From Methanosaeta sp. UBA114 (lineage in GTDB: Archaea > Halobacteriota > Methanosarcinia > Methanotrichales > Methanotrichaceae), in assembly GCA_002506335.1 (NCBI GenBank), contig DAXJ01000014.1:1-51450 (forward strand): 51,450 nucleotides of DNA, in the 5' to 3' direction. The position numbers were made by a program, and so were the translations under genes. This document shows positions 28,846-39,122 of the stretch, piece after piece; the first letter of the stretch is position 1, and every line of letters begins with the position of its first letter. Under the pieces are notes generated by a model. That model searched no databases, had not been told where the DNA came from, and worked only from the letters and a program-made list of their open reading frames with translations.

Positions 28846-31800
28846 TTAGGTTATGATAACTCGTCCATTCTCCCTTCTCACGTTTCCAAGCCCCGTGGGG
28901 TTGGTGCTAGCGTTCCACGTGTTCCTAGGCCCAAAGCTATCGGGGCTCAATACATCGCTTTCCCACGCATCCTTGACGCGCTCCAGCTCCCTGCCCTCGT
29001 AGATTAGGGCCACGTCCCTGAGGTGCAGCCTGGAGCTCTTGCCCACCATGATGAACCTGGCAGGGTTGAACTCCAGGGTCATGGTCCTGTTGCCCTTATC
29101 TTGCCTGGCAGTGACCGAATCCCTTCCCATAACATCATCCTGGTCATCATCCAGGCGCCCGGAGATTGTGTAGTTGCCGGGCTTTACCACTCTTACCTCG
29201 ATGCCTATGCAGATCTTGCTCAAGCTGCTGGAGTTGGTGTAATTCCCGGTGAGGAATGCTGCAGGCGGCTGGAACTCCTTGGGATTTCTATCTATCACCG
29301 AAGAGTTGCGGTAAATGTCTATCAGGTCTCCCCTGTCGTTGTAAAGGAAAAGGCTATCGATCTTCATGGGCCCGCATCCTTCTTCCTTCCAGAGATCTCT
29401 GCCATTCACATCGACCTTGATGACGTCGCTGGTCGAGAGGTGTGAAGCTCCCCTGAGCCACTTGATGCGGTTGCCCTGGCAATCGGTAAGCTCTCCCTCG
29501 ATACTATAGTTGCCGGGAGACGTCGTGTTGATCCCAAAGCCCAGGGAGAGCTTATCGAAGAACCCATCTTTATCCAGGTCCAGGACGTCTGCGCACTTCA
29601 TGCACTGGATGGTCGTGCCTGACACGGTCAGGCTCACGGGGATCTGATACGACTCATTGGATGCCGTGATCTCCAGCTCACCGTCGAAGTAGCGACTTGG
29701 GGCGTCTTTAGGCACTGAGATGCTGATGTTCACCCTGGCGCTGGAGCCGTTGCCGATGGTTGAGGGACCTTTTGCGGAGATCCAGTCCCAGGATTCTTTA
29801 AGATAAGTAGTGATATCCACTATGTAGGGCTCTTTGGTATTCTGGGGGACGTCATAGCCGTAGACCCACATGTTCCACTTCCCAGGTTTAGGATTGCTGA
29901 CATCTCGGTACCCCAGAATGTTGATCCCCACCGAGGCGTAAATCTCATTGCTATCGGGATCCCTTAGAAGAAAGGCGACACCACGTGCATCATCCTGGGT
30001 GCTGGCATTGACCAGGAGCCTGCTCGTGCCCTCGGGCACGTAGAAGGATTTCTCCTCAAAATCATCGCTACCAACTGCTCCTTCAAACCCCTGGTGGCTC
30101 ATGTTCTGGTTTATGCCCTGGTATGTGATGTTTGTCAGGGCCTCGCCGCCGTTATTCACCTGGACGCTGGTCTGGACGCTGGCCCCTGGAAGAAGGGATC
30201 CGGCGTTCCAGCGCTTGGGCGAGGACTCCACCAGGTCTCTCTCCACCTCCAGTCTGTATTTCACGACCCCTTGGATGGATTTGGCATGGATCGCCAAGAT
30301 CCACCTGCCTGATGGAGGCTGTTGGTTTACATCGATGGCCTCGTGGAAGCCGTCCTGGCTACCTGAGTAATACTCGCTGGTGGGTGCGAGGAGGAAGAGG
30401 TCCAGATCTCCTGGGTCATTCCAGCCCAGGCTCGCCCTAAGCTCACTGGTGCCTAGGGGTACATCGATGTAGTAGTAACTCCACTTGCGGCCGTCGAGCG
30501 TGCCTTTCCTGGAGGTCCTGCCAAGGGGGAGCTCCAGAGGCTCTGCCACCTCCACAGAGACCGGAACCGAGGATAGGTGCTCTCCTCCGGCCGTTACCTT
30601 CAAGGAGCCGCTGTGAATCCCAGGGGCTGCGCCATTGGGCACGGTCAGGGTTACTCTGAAGGGCCTCTGACTGTTGGCCTCCAGGTTTTTGGGCAGAGGC
30701 TCGATGGTCATCCAGTCGGATACCTCTCCGGTGGCTTCGACAGTAACATCCTTCAGGGCCTCATTGGTGGAGAAGACCAGCTCGGCTGAGTCCTGATCCT
30801 TGGGGGCCAGGGTATAAATCTTCTTCTGGGGTCTGTCGGCGCTGGTGTCCAGGCCCACATAGATGCCTTTGCCCGCCGGCAGATAGGCCCATTTTCCAGC
30901 CTCCCACCTGTCAGGGGTGACGGCGGAGAGGTTATCCTTCAGTATCTTGTAGGATCTCTCGGCATCAAGAAGACCAGCTCCCTGATAGTACTCCTCGTAC
31001 TGTTCTCCCTGGCTGTTGTTCAGCTTGTCCGCTCCCAGTACCATGGCGGCATTGACCCCGGCTGGCGTAAGGTTTTTATCGGCCTGAAGGAGGAGGGCGG
31101 CCACGCCCGCGGCCACCGGTGTGGAGAGGCTGGTGCCCGACTGCTTGGCATAGTACATGTCCACGTAGTTAGGGTGTTCAAGGCCCGAAGGCACCGTGGA
31201 GACCACGCCTACACCCGGGGCCACCACGGTGGGCTTGATCCTGCCGTCTCTGGTGGGTCCTGATCCGCTGAAGATCGCTATGTGGTTAAGGTTATCAGTG
31301 GCCCCTATGGTTGCGACCTTTACGCCGTCTCCGGGGGAGTCTACGAGGCCTGGGGGAAGGGCAACTACCAGGAGGAGCAAGAGAACTTCCTGACTGCTGG
31401 AACCCCTACCTTCCGGTCTCCCAAGCTGGCGGAAGTCGAAGTTGCCACCATCGATCTGGGTGGGTTCTATCAGACTCGAAACGCCCTCGGACCTTGTGTT
31501 GTTCCTGTTACCTGCAGCCACGCAGACCACGGCCCCTGCATCCACGGCATTATCCGCTGCCATGGTCACGGGTGGGTTGGTCTCTCCCAGGTTCATGCCG
31601 CCCAGGCTTAAGCTGAGCACGTCGGCCCCGTTGTCCAGGGCCCACTCTATCCCTGCTATGATGTCCGATATCCGGCCGTTTCCATCCTTGTTTATGACCT
31701 TCACATTGAGGAGGCTCGCACCGGGGGCCACCCCCTTATATTTGCCGCCGGAGGCAGCCCCCGACCCTGCCACGATTCCTGCCACCATGGTGCCGTGGCC

Positions 31801-32340
31801 TAAAAGATCGGTAGTGGTGGGCTCATCCCCGACGAAGTTCTTCTCTCCCACCACCCTTTCCGCCAGGTCAGGATGGTTCTTGTTTATTCCGGAATCTATG
31901 ATTGCTACTGTTACGCCATTGCCGTCTATGCCTTTTGCCCAAAGCTTGTCAGCTTTAACTATGGGGGAGGGATAGGTGGTGGTGCCGCCATTGATCGTAA
32001 TGTTCGGGGCAGCGTCCGCCATGTGGGTCTCCTTGTCCAGGAAGATCCCCTTGATCTGGCTGTTCTCCGAGAGGCTCCTTATCCCGGACGGGCTGGCTAC
32101 GCCTGCCACGGCGTTAATAAGGTGGTACCTGAAACTGACCTCAAGGCTCTCTAAGTTTCTTTCATTCTCACCTTGGAGGAGGACTATTACCGGAAGTTTA
32201 TCCACCCCTCCGCCCTTCATCATCTCGGCCAGGGCCGGATCAATCTTCTGGGTGGAGGAACTGCCTATATCGGCCAGTGCAAGAGACACCGTCGAAATCG
32301 TGAGGGCGGCGGCTATCAACATAAGAAGTTTCATTGCCAT
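28846..32340 (-). CDS. Secreted subtilisin-like (S8) serine protease with long C-terminal extension
   Basis: Signal peptide; catalytic IIDSG, HGTMVAG and SGTSLSTP; AAGN oxyanion site; PPC-like domains (DLDLFL, SGRW, PGKWNMWV). Confidence 0.92.
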   Translation of the reverse strand: MAMKLLMLIAAALTISTVSLALADIGSSSTQKIDPALAEMMKGGGVDKLPVIVLLQGENERNLESLEVSFRYHLINAVAGVASPSGIRSLSENSQIKGIFLDKETHMADAAPNITINGGTTTYPSPIVKADKLWAKGIDGNGVTVAIIDSGINKNHPDLAERVVGEKNFVGDEPTTTDLLGHGTMVAGIVAGSGAASGGKYKGVAPGASLLNVKVINKDGNGRISDIIAGIEWALDNGADVLSLSLGGMNLGETNPPVTMAADNAVDAGAVVCVAAGNRNNTRSEGVSSLIEPTQIDGGNFDFRQLGRPEGRGSSSQEVLLLLLVVALPPGLVDSPGDGVKVATIGATDNLNHIAIFSGSGPTRDGRIKPTVVAPGVGVVSTVPSGLEHPNYVDMYYAKQSGTSLSTPVAAGVAALLLQADKNLTPAGVNAAMVLGADKLNNSQGEQYEEYYQGAGLLDAERSYKILKDNLSAVTPDRWEAGKWAYLPAGKGIYVGLDTSADRPQKKIYTLAPKDQDSAELVFSTNEALKDVTVEATGEVSDWMTIEPLPKNLEANSQRPFRVTLTVPNGAAPGIHSGSLKVTAGGEHLSSVPVSVEVAEPLELPLGRTSRKGTLDGRKWSYYYIDVPLGTSELRASLGWNDPGDLDLFLLAPTSEYYSGSQDGFHEAIDVNQQPPSGRWILAIHAKSIQGVVKYRLEVERDLVESSPKRWNAGSLLPGASVQTSVQVNNGGEALTNITYQGINQNMSHQGFEGAVGSDDFEEKSFYVPEGTSRLLVNASTQDDARGVAFLLRDPDSNEIYASVGINILGYRDVSNPKPGKWNMWVYGYDVPQNTKEPYIVDITTYLKESWDWISAKGPSTIGNGSSARVNISISVPKDAPSRYFDGELEITASNESYQIPVSLTVSGTTIQCMKCADVLDLDKDGFFDKLSLGFGINTTSPGNYSIEGELTDCQGNRIKWLRGASHLSTSDVIKVDVNGRDLWKEEGCGPMKIDSLFLYNDRGDLIDIYRNSSVIDRNPKEFQPPAAFLTGNYTNSSSLSKICIGIEVRVVKPGNYTISGRLDDDQDDVMGRDSVTARQDKGNRTMTLEFNPARFIMVGKSSRLHLRDVALIYEGRELERVKDAWESDVLSPDSFGPRNTWNASTNPTGLGNVRRENGRVIIT

Positions 32341-32437
32341 ATACGACCTTATCGTGGGGACTTCCTGGGGGCATAGGGTCCTCGGTATCCCTTTCTAGCA
32401 GATAATGCTAAATAAACCTGTGGTCCTTCTGTACTTG

Positions 32438-33232
32438 ATGGTTCCCTCCTGGTCCGATGTGCTCTGGATAAGCCTCATCTTACTGATGGCATCAGCCCCT
32501 ATGGGCAGGTGGTCCCGGGCATGGGCCCTGGCCAGCCTCGGCTGGGTCACCTTTGGGATCTATTGGCTGGCCAAGCCCTGGAGCTATCTGGCCATGGAGG
32601 ACTACTTCAACGCCTTGCTGACAGTGGCTGCGGCGCTACTTTGCTTCTACATAGCCCGGATAATAGCTTCCAAGGGTCTCGCTTCCCAGGAGCCCTCTAA
32701 GGCCTGCACTTGGATCAGCTATGCTGCAGCCATATGTGGCCTGATATATTTCCCCTTTGCAGAGATTGCGCCCCTCCAGGCCTGGCTCATAGGCCAGACG
32801 ACCTCGGTGACCATCGCCCTCCTGGAGGCCTTCTCTATCCCCGTGATCAGGGTGGGCGTGAACACCATGGTCTTGAACGGAAGGTCGGTCCAAATCATCT
32901 TGGCCTGCACGGCCATAGAGAGCATCGCTCTCTTCGTTGGCCTCATCCTATCGGTCAGAGCTCCTATTCATCGGAGGGCTGCAGCTCTGGCGGTATCGAT
33001 CATGGCCATATACTCCCTGAACATCGTGAGGAATGCTTTTGTCCTCATGGCTTACGGTGATGGCTGGTTTGGCGATGACAGCTTCTACGTGGCCCACAAC
33101 GTCATAGCCAAGGCCGGCTCCATGGTTGCTCTCCTGGCCGTGGCCTACGTAGTTCTTACCGTCCTTCCGGAGCTCCTGAACATCATGGACGAGTTAGCCT
33201 GGGAGATAAAGCACCCCGGAGGTGCGGCTTGA
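32438..33232 (+). CDS. artA: Archaeosortase A
   Basis: IILACTAIES, LNIVRN and AHNVIAK motifs; multi-TM. Confidence 0.9.
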   Translation: MVPSWSDVLWISLILLMASAPMGRWSRAWALASLGWVTFGIYWLAKPWSYLAMEDYFNALLTVAAALLCFYIARIIASKGLASQEPSKACTWISYAAAICGLIYFPFAEIAPLQAWLIGQTTSVTIALLEAFSIPVIRVGVNTMVLNGRSVQIILACTAIESIALFVGLILSVRAPIHRRAAALAVSIMAIYSLNIVRNAFVLMAYGDGWFGDDSFYVAHNVIAKAGSMVALLAVAYVVLTVLPELLNIMDELAWEIKHPGGAA

Positions 33233-33816
33233 AGCTGGCTAAGGGATCCACGCCCTGGGTTTCAGCTCCTCTGATAGCTTCGGCCATCCTGGTGGCGGTA
33301 GGTCCCTGGTACGGCCTGGCCATAGCCATCCTGGGGTCTATCTTCATGATCTTCTTCCACAGGGATCCCGAGCGAACGCCCCTCGGTGAGGGCCTTATCT
33401 CACCCGCCGATGGGAGGATACTTATAGCGGATCCTCAACGCCTGGCAGTCTTCATGGGGCCCACAGATGTCCACGTCACCAGGTCCCCAGTGGATGGCGT
33501 AATCAAGGATGTGGAGTACAGGAAAGGCAGCCATCTGCCGGCCTTCCTGATCCGGTCTGCCAGGAACCAGCAGAACAGGATAACCCTGGGTACCAAGGAT
33601 GGCGAAATGGATCTTTACCAGATCACGGGCGCCATGGCCAGGCGGATTGTGACCTACGTGAAGCCGGAGGACAGGGTTATCAGGGGAGAGCGCCTGGGTA
33701 TGATACGTTTTGGATCCAGGGTGGACGTCACCATACCGCCGGGTTACCATCTAGCTGTGAAGCTGGGAGATAAGGTTAAAGCAGGGGAGACAGTTATTGC
33801 GGTGAAGGATTCATGA
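33229..33816 (+). CDS. psd: Archaetidylserine/phosphatidylserine decarboxylase
   Basis: FFHRDPER, SPADG, DVHVTRSP and FGSRVD autocleavage motif. Confidence 0.93.
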   Translation: MKLAKGSTPWVSAPLIASAILVAVGPWYGLAIAILGSIFMIFFHRDPERTPLGEGLISPADGRILIADPQRLAVFMGPTDVHVTRSPVDGVIKDVEYRKGSHLPAFLIRSARNQQNRITLGTKDGEMDLYQITGAMARRIVTYVKPEDRVIRGERLGMIRFGSRVDVTIPPGYHLAVKLGDKVKAGETVIAVKDS

Positions 33817-34463
33817 ATGTCTTTAAAGCCCTCAGGATCCCAGACCTCTTTTCCCTTCTCAACGCCTTCTTCGGCCTTCTGGCAATCCTGGCCGCGGGCG
33901 CGGGCTCGCCTTACGTGCCTGTGATCTTCGTATTCCTATCGGCCGCCGCAGATGGCTTAGATGGCCTCGTTGCCCGAAGGTTCGGGTCAGGGGTTCTTGG
34001 GGCCAACTTGGACTCCCTGGCTGATCTGATCTCCTTCGGCGTAGCTCCGGCCGTCCTCTTCCTAGGGATCTTCGGAGGTCCCTGGCCTGCGGTCCTGGTG
34101 GCCCTGGCCTACCTCACCTGCGGAATACTTCGCCTGGCCAGGTTCAACGTATCCAAGAGCAGCAGCTACTTCGAGGGCCTTCCCATCACTGCCGCAGGGA
34201 TAGCTGCTGCGGCCAGCGTTCTGGCAGACCGGCAGATCTTCACACTCCTTTTGATGCTAGTCCTGGCTGCCTTCATGGCCAGCAGCGTGCCTTTCCCCAA
34301 GATCCGTGACCCCAGGGTCATAGGGGCCTTTGCAGTGGTCTTGGCCGCTTCAACCTCCCTGGTAATGCTGCAGAGAGACGCGGGGTGCGCTCTGATGCTC
34401 CTGGCCATTACGACCTACCTGTCAAGTCCGGTGGTGGTTCCATACCTGCGAAGAAAGAGATAG
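33813..34463 (+). CDS. pssA: Archaetidylserine synthase (CDP-alcohol phosphatidyltransferase)
   Basis: DGLDGLVARR...GANLDSLADLISFGVAP, RLARFN and FEGLP motifs. Confidence 0.92.
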   Translation: MNVFKALRIPDLFSLLNAFFGLLAILAAGAGSPYVPVIFVFLSAAADGLDGLVARRFGSGVLGANLDSLADLISFGVAPAVLFLGIFGGPWPAVLVALAYLTCGILRLARFNVSKSSSYFEGLPITAAGIAAAASVLADRQIFTLLLMLVLAAFMASSVPFPKIRDPRVIGAFAVVLAASTSLVMLQRDAGCALMLLAITTYLSSPVVVPYLRRKR

Positions 34464-34768
34464 CTGCCTTTGAAGCTGGTATAAAGCTGGGCGCACTGTA
34501 CCACCAGTTCGTTGGGGCTCCTGTAAGTCCAAAGACCGCCGAGCGACTGGAGGCAGCCATGGAAGCAAGCATGTCCCTCCAGCCCCACGTCAAGAGCGCT
34601 AAGGTGAAAATAAACCGAGAGATGCTTTTGGAGAACGCCTTTGGCTACGGGGAGCTCCAAGGAAGGATGATCCTGGCCGAGGTGGAGATCGACTATCAGG
34701 GCGAAGTCATAAGGGCCAAGCTGGAGTACGATCCCGCCCTGGATTATCCTATGATGAGGCTGATCTAA
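34442..34768 (+). CDS. mptD: Archaeal dihydroneopterin aldolase (MptD/DUF381)
   Basis: FEAGIKLGALYHQF, SLQP, YGEL and LDYPMM motifs. Start uncertain (ATA 34442 or GTG 34385). Confidence 0.85.
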   Translation: MPAKKEIAAFEAGIKLGALYHQFVGAPVSPKTAERLEAAMEASMSLQPHVKSAKVKINREMLLENAFGYGELQGRMILAEVEIDYQGEVIRAKLEYDPALDYPMMRLI

Positions 34769-35515
34769 TCTCCTGTATCTGCCGAGGATATGAAGGTTGC
34801 CAGGAGGGCGGTCGCCACCAGTCCAGCGTATGATGGGGGCAGGAGATTAACTGTGAACACCGGTATGGCCTGTGCAGGGCTGATCTTTTGGCCTCCGTGG
34901 GGCTTTGGGCTGTGAAGATGCAGGAGCGCTATGTTGGGATCCACCAGATAGGCCGATACCACTATCAAAAGCGTAGATACGATATCAAAGGGGTCCATCT
35001 GTGGAGACATCGGAAAGCTTTGGGCAAGGATCAAGCCGGGATCAAGGACCCCATTCTGTCCTGGTGACGAAGAAGGCAACCCCAATTAGGATTATGATGA
35101 ATTGGATGAGATCGGCCCTCACCAATGAGACCCTGGCCACCTATGAAGGTATAGAGGATGAAGGCCGCTGTGAATATCGGCATAAAGAGGGTTTCTGACC
35201 CGAGGAAGATGGCGCCAGCGGCCTTTTCCGCAGCCACGATCTGAACGGCGACATCCCAACCTAGGATACTTCAACCAGGGCCGAGGCCACATTCTTGAAC
35301 CCTCCGGGAAGGCCTTTGTTGAACCCAAGTCGTGCCATGTCTACCGTTGCAGATGCGTCGACGACGGTGGCGCAGAAAGTGCCTGTGAAAAGGATGAGAT
35401 TGAGGCTCCTTCCGGCCAGGTGATACTCCCCCTGGTGTAGTTTCCTTGCACGGTAATCCCCAAGGCCAGCATTCCCACCATATATGCCGCAATGGCAGTA
35501 TTGATATCCTCCGTC
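34765..35515 (-). pseudogene. Decayed sodium:solute symporter
   Basis: YHLAGRSL...CATVVDASAT, YTFIGG and LLPPSYAGLVATALLATFISSADT fragments in different frames. Confidence 0.75.
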
Positions 35516-35639
35516 GCGATTTTCTCCGATGTAAACCTGCCGTTGCGATATTGTAAACCAGTATTCCCGAGTGACGTTTACAATATGATAAAGCTTTCGG
35601 AGCAACTTTTATATTCAAAACCCTGCTATAAAGCCGTGG

Positions 35640-36041
35640 ATGAAAGGGATGGAGTTTAGAATCGAAAATTATTTCATAAAGGCCTTCATCGCCTCTATGC
35701 TCCTGGCTCTGGTGATGATGGCCATAGCCTTAGGCTTGATATACCTATTCAGATTCGGCCCACCGATTCCTCCCTCGGTGATACTGGTTATGACCGCGGT
35801 CTCCTTCGTCCTCTCCGCCTCTTTCTTCGAGAGGTACGAGGTGGGATCCATCATGTGGTCCACCCTGGTTTCCCTCATTATCACCTTTCTCCTGACCCTT
35901 GTCTCTGGAGGTGTGATCTATTTCCTATCGGTAAACAGCCTAGGTTGGGAGGAGTTTCTGTCATCCCTGGCAGCCTGTACCATAATATCCATGGCCCTCC
36001 TCAACCATCTGAAGCGAATCCTTGGGACGATTGAGTGTTGA
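35640..36041 (+). CDS. Hypothetical 4-TM membrane protein
   Basis: Uninterrupted hydrophobic ORF upstream of moaA. Confidence 0.7.
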   Translation: MKGMEFRIENYFIKAFIASMLLALVMMAIALGLIYLFRFGPPIPPSVILVMTAVSFVLSASFFERYEVGSIMWSTLVSLIITFLLTLVSGGVIYFLSVNSLGWEEFLSSLAACTIISMALLNHLKRILGTIEC

Positions 36042-36080
36042 TATATCTAAACATTGATAAATAGTACTTCTCCCTCACAG

Positions 36081-36983
36081 GTGCCTGTGCCCCTCTTAGA
36101 CCCCTACGGCAGAAAAGCCACCAGTCTCAGGATTGCTTTAACCCCCAGGTGCAACCTGCGGTGCACCTACTGCCACCGCGAAGGAGAATCGGCCCCAGGG
36201 TCCGAGATCTCCAAGGAGACGGCTGTCTGCATTGCCAAAGCTGCATCAGAGCTTGGCTTCAGGTCCATAAAGTTCACCGGAGGCGATCCTCTCATGCGCT
36301 CGGACCTTGAGGAGATAATATCCGAGATGCCAGAGGGCCTTGATCTTTCCATAACCACCAATGGGATTGGCCTCGCCGATAGGGCAAAGCCCCTGAAGGA
36401 GGCGGGCTTGACCAGGGTCAATGTGAGCTTGGTCTCCCTAAACCCGGCCAAGTACAGGAGGATCACAGGCTGCAGAGATGGGGATCTGGAAGCGGTCAAA
36501 AGAGGGGTCGATGCAACTTTGGAGGCAGGTCTCTCCCCGGTCAAGCTCAACGTGGTGCTCTTGAAGGAGAACCAGGATGAGGTTTGGGATATGGTCGATT
36601 TTGCTCGCAGGAAGGGCATCATTCTCCAGCTCATAGAGCTTTTGGATCTCAAGTACTTGGGCATCTCCGGTGATATACGTGCAGTAGAAGAGTCTCTCAG
36701 GTCTAAGGCCAATAAGATCACCATCCGGGAGATGCACCGCAGGAGAAAGTACCACCTTTCGGGTGTCGAGGTAGAGGTGGTCAAGCCTATGGATAACACG
36801 GAATTCTGTGCCAACTGCACAAGACTTCGGGTAACTTCCGATGCCAGGCTTAAGCCCTGCCTTCTCAGAAACGATAACCTAGTGGATATAGGGACCTGCG
36901 ATATCCCTGCCATAAAGGATCTTATAATAAAGGCCAATTCGTTGAGGGAACCTTATTTTAAAAAGGCATCGGGGCCGCGGTGA
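36081..36983 (+). CDS. moaA: GTP 3',8-cyclase
   Basis: DPYGR..SLRI, CNLRCTYCHREG, and FCANCTRLRVTSD..LKPCL. Start uncertain (36054-36087). Confidence 0.95.
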   Translation: MPVPLLDPYGRKATSLRIALTPRCNLRCTYCHREGESAPGSEISKETAVCIAKAASELGFRSIKFTGGDPLMRSDLEEIISEMPEGLDLSITTNGIGLADRAKPLKEAGLTRVNVSLVSLNPAKYRRITGCRDGDLEAVKRGVDATLEAGLSPVKLNVVLLKENQDEVWDMVDFARRKGIILQLIELLDLKYLGISGDIRAVEESLRSKANKITIREMHRRRKYHLSGVEVEVVKPMDNTEFCANCTRLRVTSDARLKPCLLRNDNLVDIGTCDIPAIKDLIIKANSLREPYFKKASGPR

Positions 36984-37036
36984 TCTTTCAAGCTGCCTGT
37001 TTTTGGCGGCCCGAAAGGCGGCACCTGTTATGGGTA

Positions 37037-37065
37037 GTCCTCCCCTTCAGGGTAGGGTAGTTCAC
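37037..37065 (+). mobile_element. IS200/IS605-type right-end hairpin remnant
   Basis: CCTCCCC-TTCA-GGGTAGG followed by GTAGTTCAC, the typical subterminal hairpin plus TCAC end. Confidence 0.45.
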
Positions 37066-37202
37066 GAGTATGGGCAGATTGTGGAGATGTTCTGTAGCTC
37101 AGACGGTTTGAGGGCCGTTCCATGATAGGGCGGTTTTTTATCCGTCTCCGAGATCAGGCGGTTTAAAAGCCGACCCGGGATCAGGCGGTTTGGTCTGCGT
37201 GC

Positions 37203-38153
37203 TCACGAGGACGCGCTGGTCATTACGCTGTGCTCATATCCACTGGGCTCTATCCTCTTCATTTTGCCCCCTGTCTCCATCCATAGCCCTTCTTCAACAG
37301 CGTGGCCGAGGATGGTGAGGTCCACGGCCTTCGATGCTGCCTCTATCCTGGAGGGTTTCACTGTGAAGATCAGCTCGAAGTCTCCCCCTGCCCTCACGGC
37401 CAGCTCCAACCCCTTATCTCTTCCGAAGGCCTCCTCTATCCCCCGTGCCAGTGGAATGGCCTCCTCTTTCAGAACGAAGCCGACGCCGCTGACTTCTGAT
37501 AGATCGGACAATGATAGAGCCAGGCCATCGCTATTATCCATCATGGCGGTGACCGACCTGGATAAGGCCAGAGCCCTTCCCTCCTTTATCTTCGGCACGG
37601 GCTCCAGGAGGTTCTTGACGAAGGCCCCTTTGTCCTCTCCCATCTGAAGCTGGAGAAGACCTGCGCCCGCGGCGCCCAGGGTCCCGGTGGTGCACAAAAT
37701 GTCGCCAGGAGAGGCACCGCTTCGCATCAATATGAGGTCCTTCTCCACAAAGCCCATGGCAAAGCCCGTGAGGTTGAGCTCGTCGGTGGAGTCCATGTCC
37801 CCTCCTAAAACCCGGGTTCCAAACGCCCCTGTGCAATCGCTAAAGCCTGAGAAGATGTTGTCTATGAACGCAAGATCCGTCCCCTGGGGAATCCCTGTGG
37901 CTACGAGGACCCCCGAGGGCTCAGCTCCCATGGCAGCCACATCGCTTAAGTTGACGGCAACGGTCATCCATCCAATCTGCCAGGGGGTCATGACCTCGGG
38001 GAAATCGGACTTTCGATGAAGCATGTCGGTAGTGGCCACCAGGTACCTGTCCCCTGAGTCCAAGACGGCGCAGTCGTCGTTGACTATGCTCCCAAGTATC
38101 GTCGATATCCGCTTTATTAGATCCCTCTCGCTTATGAAAGAGCCTTGGGCCAT
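37203..38153 (-). CDS. thiL: Thiamine-monophosphate kinase
   Basis: DDCA, TTDML, VNLSDVAAMG, GGD, MDNSDGL and GGDFEL motifs. Confidence 0.95.
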   Translation of the reverse strand: MAQGSFISERDLIKRISTILGSIVNDDCAVLDSGDRYLVATTDMLHRKSDFPEVMTPWQIGWMTVAVNLSDVAAMGAEPSGVLVATGIPQGTDLAFIDNIFSGFSDCTGAFGTRVLGGDMDSTDELNLTGFAMGFVEKDLILMRSGASPGDILCTTGTLGAAGAGLLQLQMGEDKGAFVKNLLEPVPKIKEGRALALSRSVTAMMDNSDGLALSLSDLSEVSGVGFVLKEEAIPLARGIEEAFGRDKGLELAVRAGGDFELIFTVKPSRIEAASKAVDLTILGHAVEEGLWMETGGKMKRIEPSGYEHSVMTSASS

Positions 38154-38281
38154 GGTCGTAGTATTGTCCAGGGACTATTTCATCGGATCGCTCTGAACAT
38201 CTGTAATAAAATATAAACGCGCTTGGTGGTCCTGAATGTAGTGATGTTCCTTCAGTCTTGAATAAATATATCAACCGGATA

Positions 38282-39073
38282 AATGGGTGGCCCCGAATTT
38301 CTGTGCGGTATGGCGGTGGCGGGACCTGCCGGATCCACGGCGACGAAGGCGGCTACAGAGTCGGTCTAGGAGGTTTCTCTCCTGGAGAAGAGGCAGGAGA
38401 TTGGAAGCCTCGTCAGGTGCGGCGATGGAGTCTGCAGATGTGTGCTCAGCTCCTGATCCAGTGCGCAAAGTTGGGCTCCGATCACTGCCGCCCCCATGGG
38501 AAACGGATTTACGCCTGGAGGCTATGGCTGGTCCCTGCCCAAAGGCCCTGGCCTGGCCAATGTGGGCATCTCTGCGCCCTGGGATCGTCCTCGTCAGCAG
38601 GGTTGGCCTTTAGGTCCCCGGAAGCTTTCGCAAAGCTCCTGTCTCCTGATGGCAAAGCCCTGGAACTGGTGGTCGGATGAATTCCCATATCAAACAATGC
38701 ATCTCACTTGGTCTCGGACGGCATCCTTCTGGTGGTGGATGCCATCTGGCGGGCGGACCACATTATCTTTGCCGGGGTGATCAACGGCGTAGATGCCGGA
38801 GCCTTGGCAGGAAATGTTGCAGTTGAGTTCTTCTCCTCGGGAGATGTGAGCAGATCCGGGCTTGAGACTTACGATGGTCTATGGAGGAGATGGGAATGCA
38901 GGGGGGTTGGCTGGAACAAAAGAGTAAGAACCATCTACAATAGCCTGAATGATAGGGAGCTGAACCAGGAAATCCTCACCATTCAGAGTGAAGATACCGG
39001 CAGCCTGGAGGTGAAGTGCGCTATTAGGTCGGTCTTTCAGCACCATTCCCGCCTCCTCCTAAGGATGATATGA
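38282..39073 (+). pseudogene. Decayed geranylgeranyl reductase-family flavoprotein
   Basis: Fragments PGGYGW and VSDGILLVVDA...GVINGVDAGALAG...GDVS spread over several frames. Confidence 0.65.
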
Positions 39074-39122
39074 GGAAGGGATCATCGTAATGCTTTTAAG
39101 CTCCTGGGGTCCCAGGCTCTAT

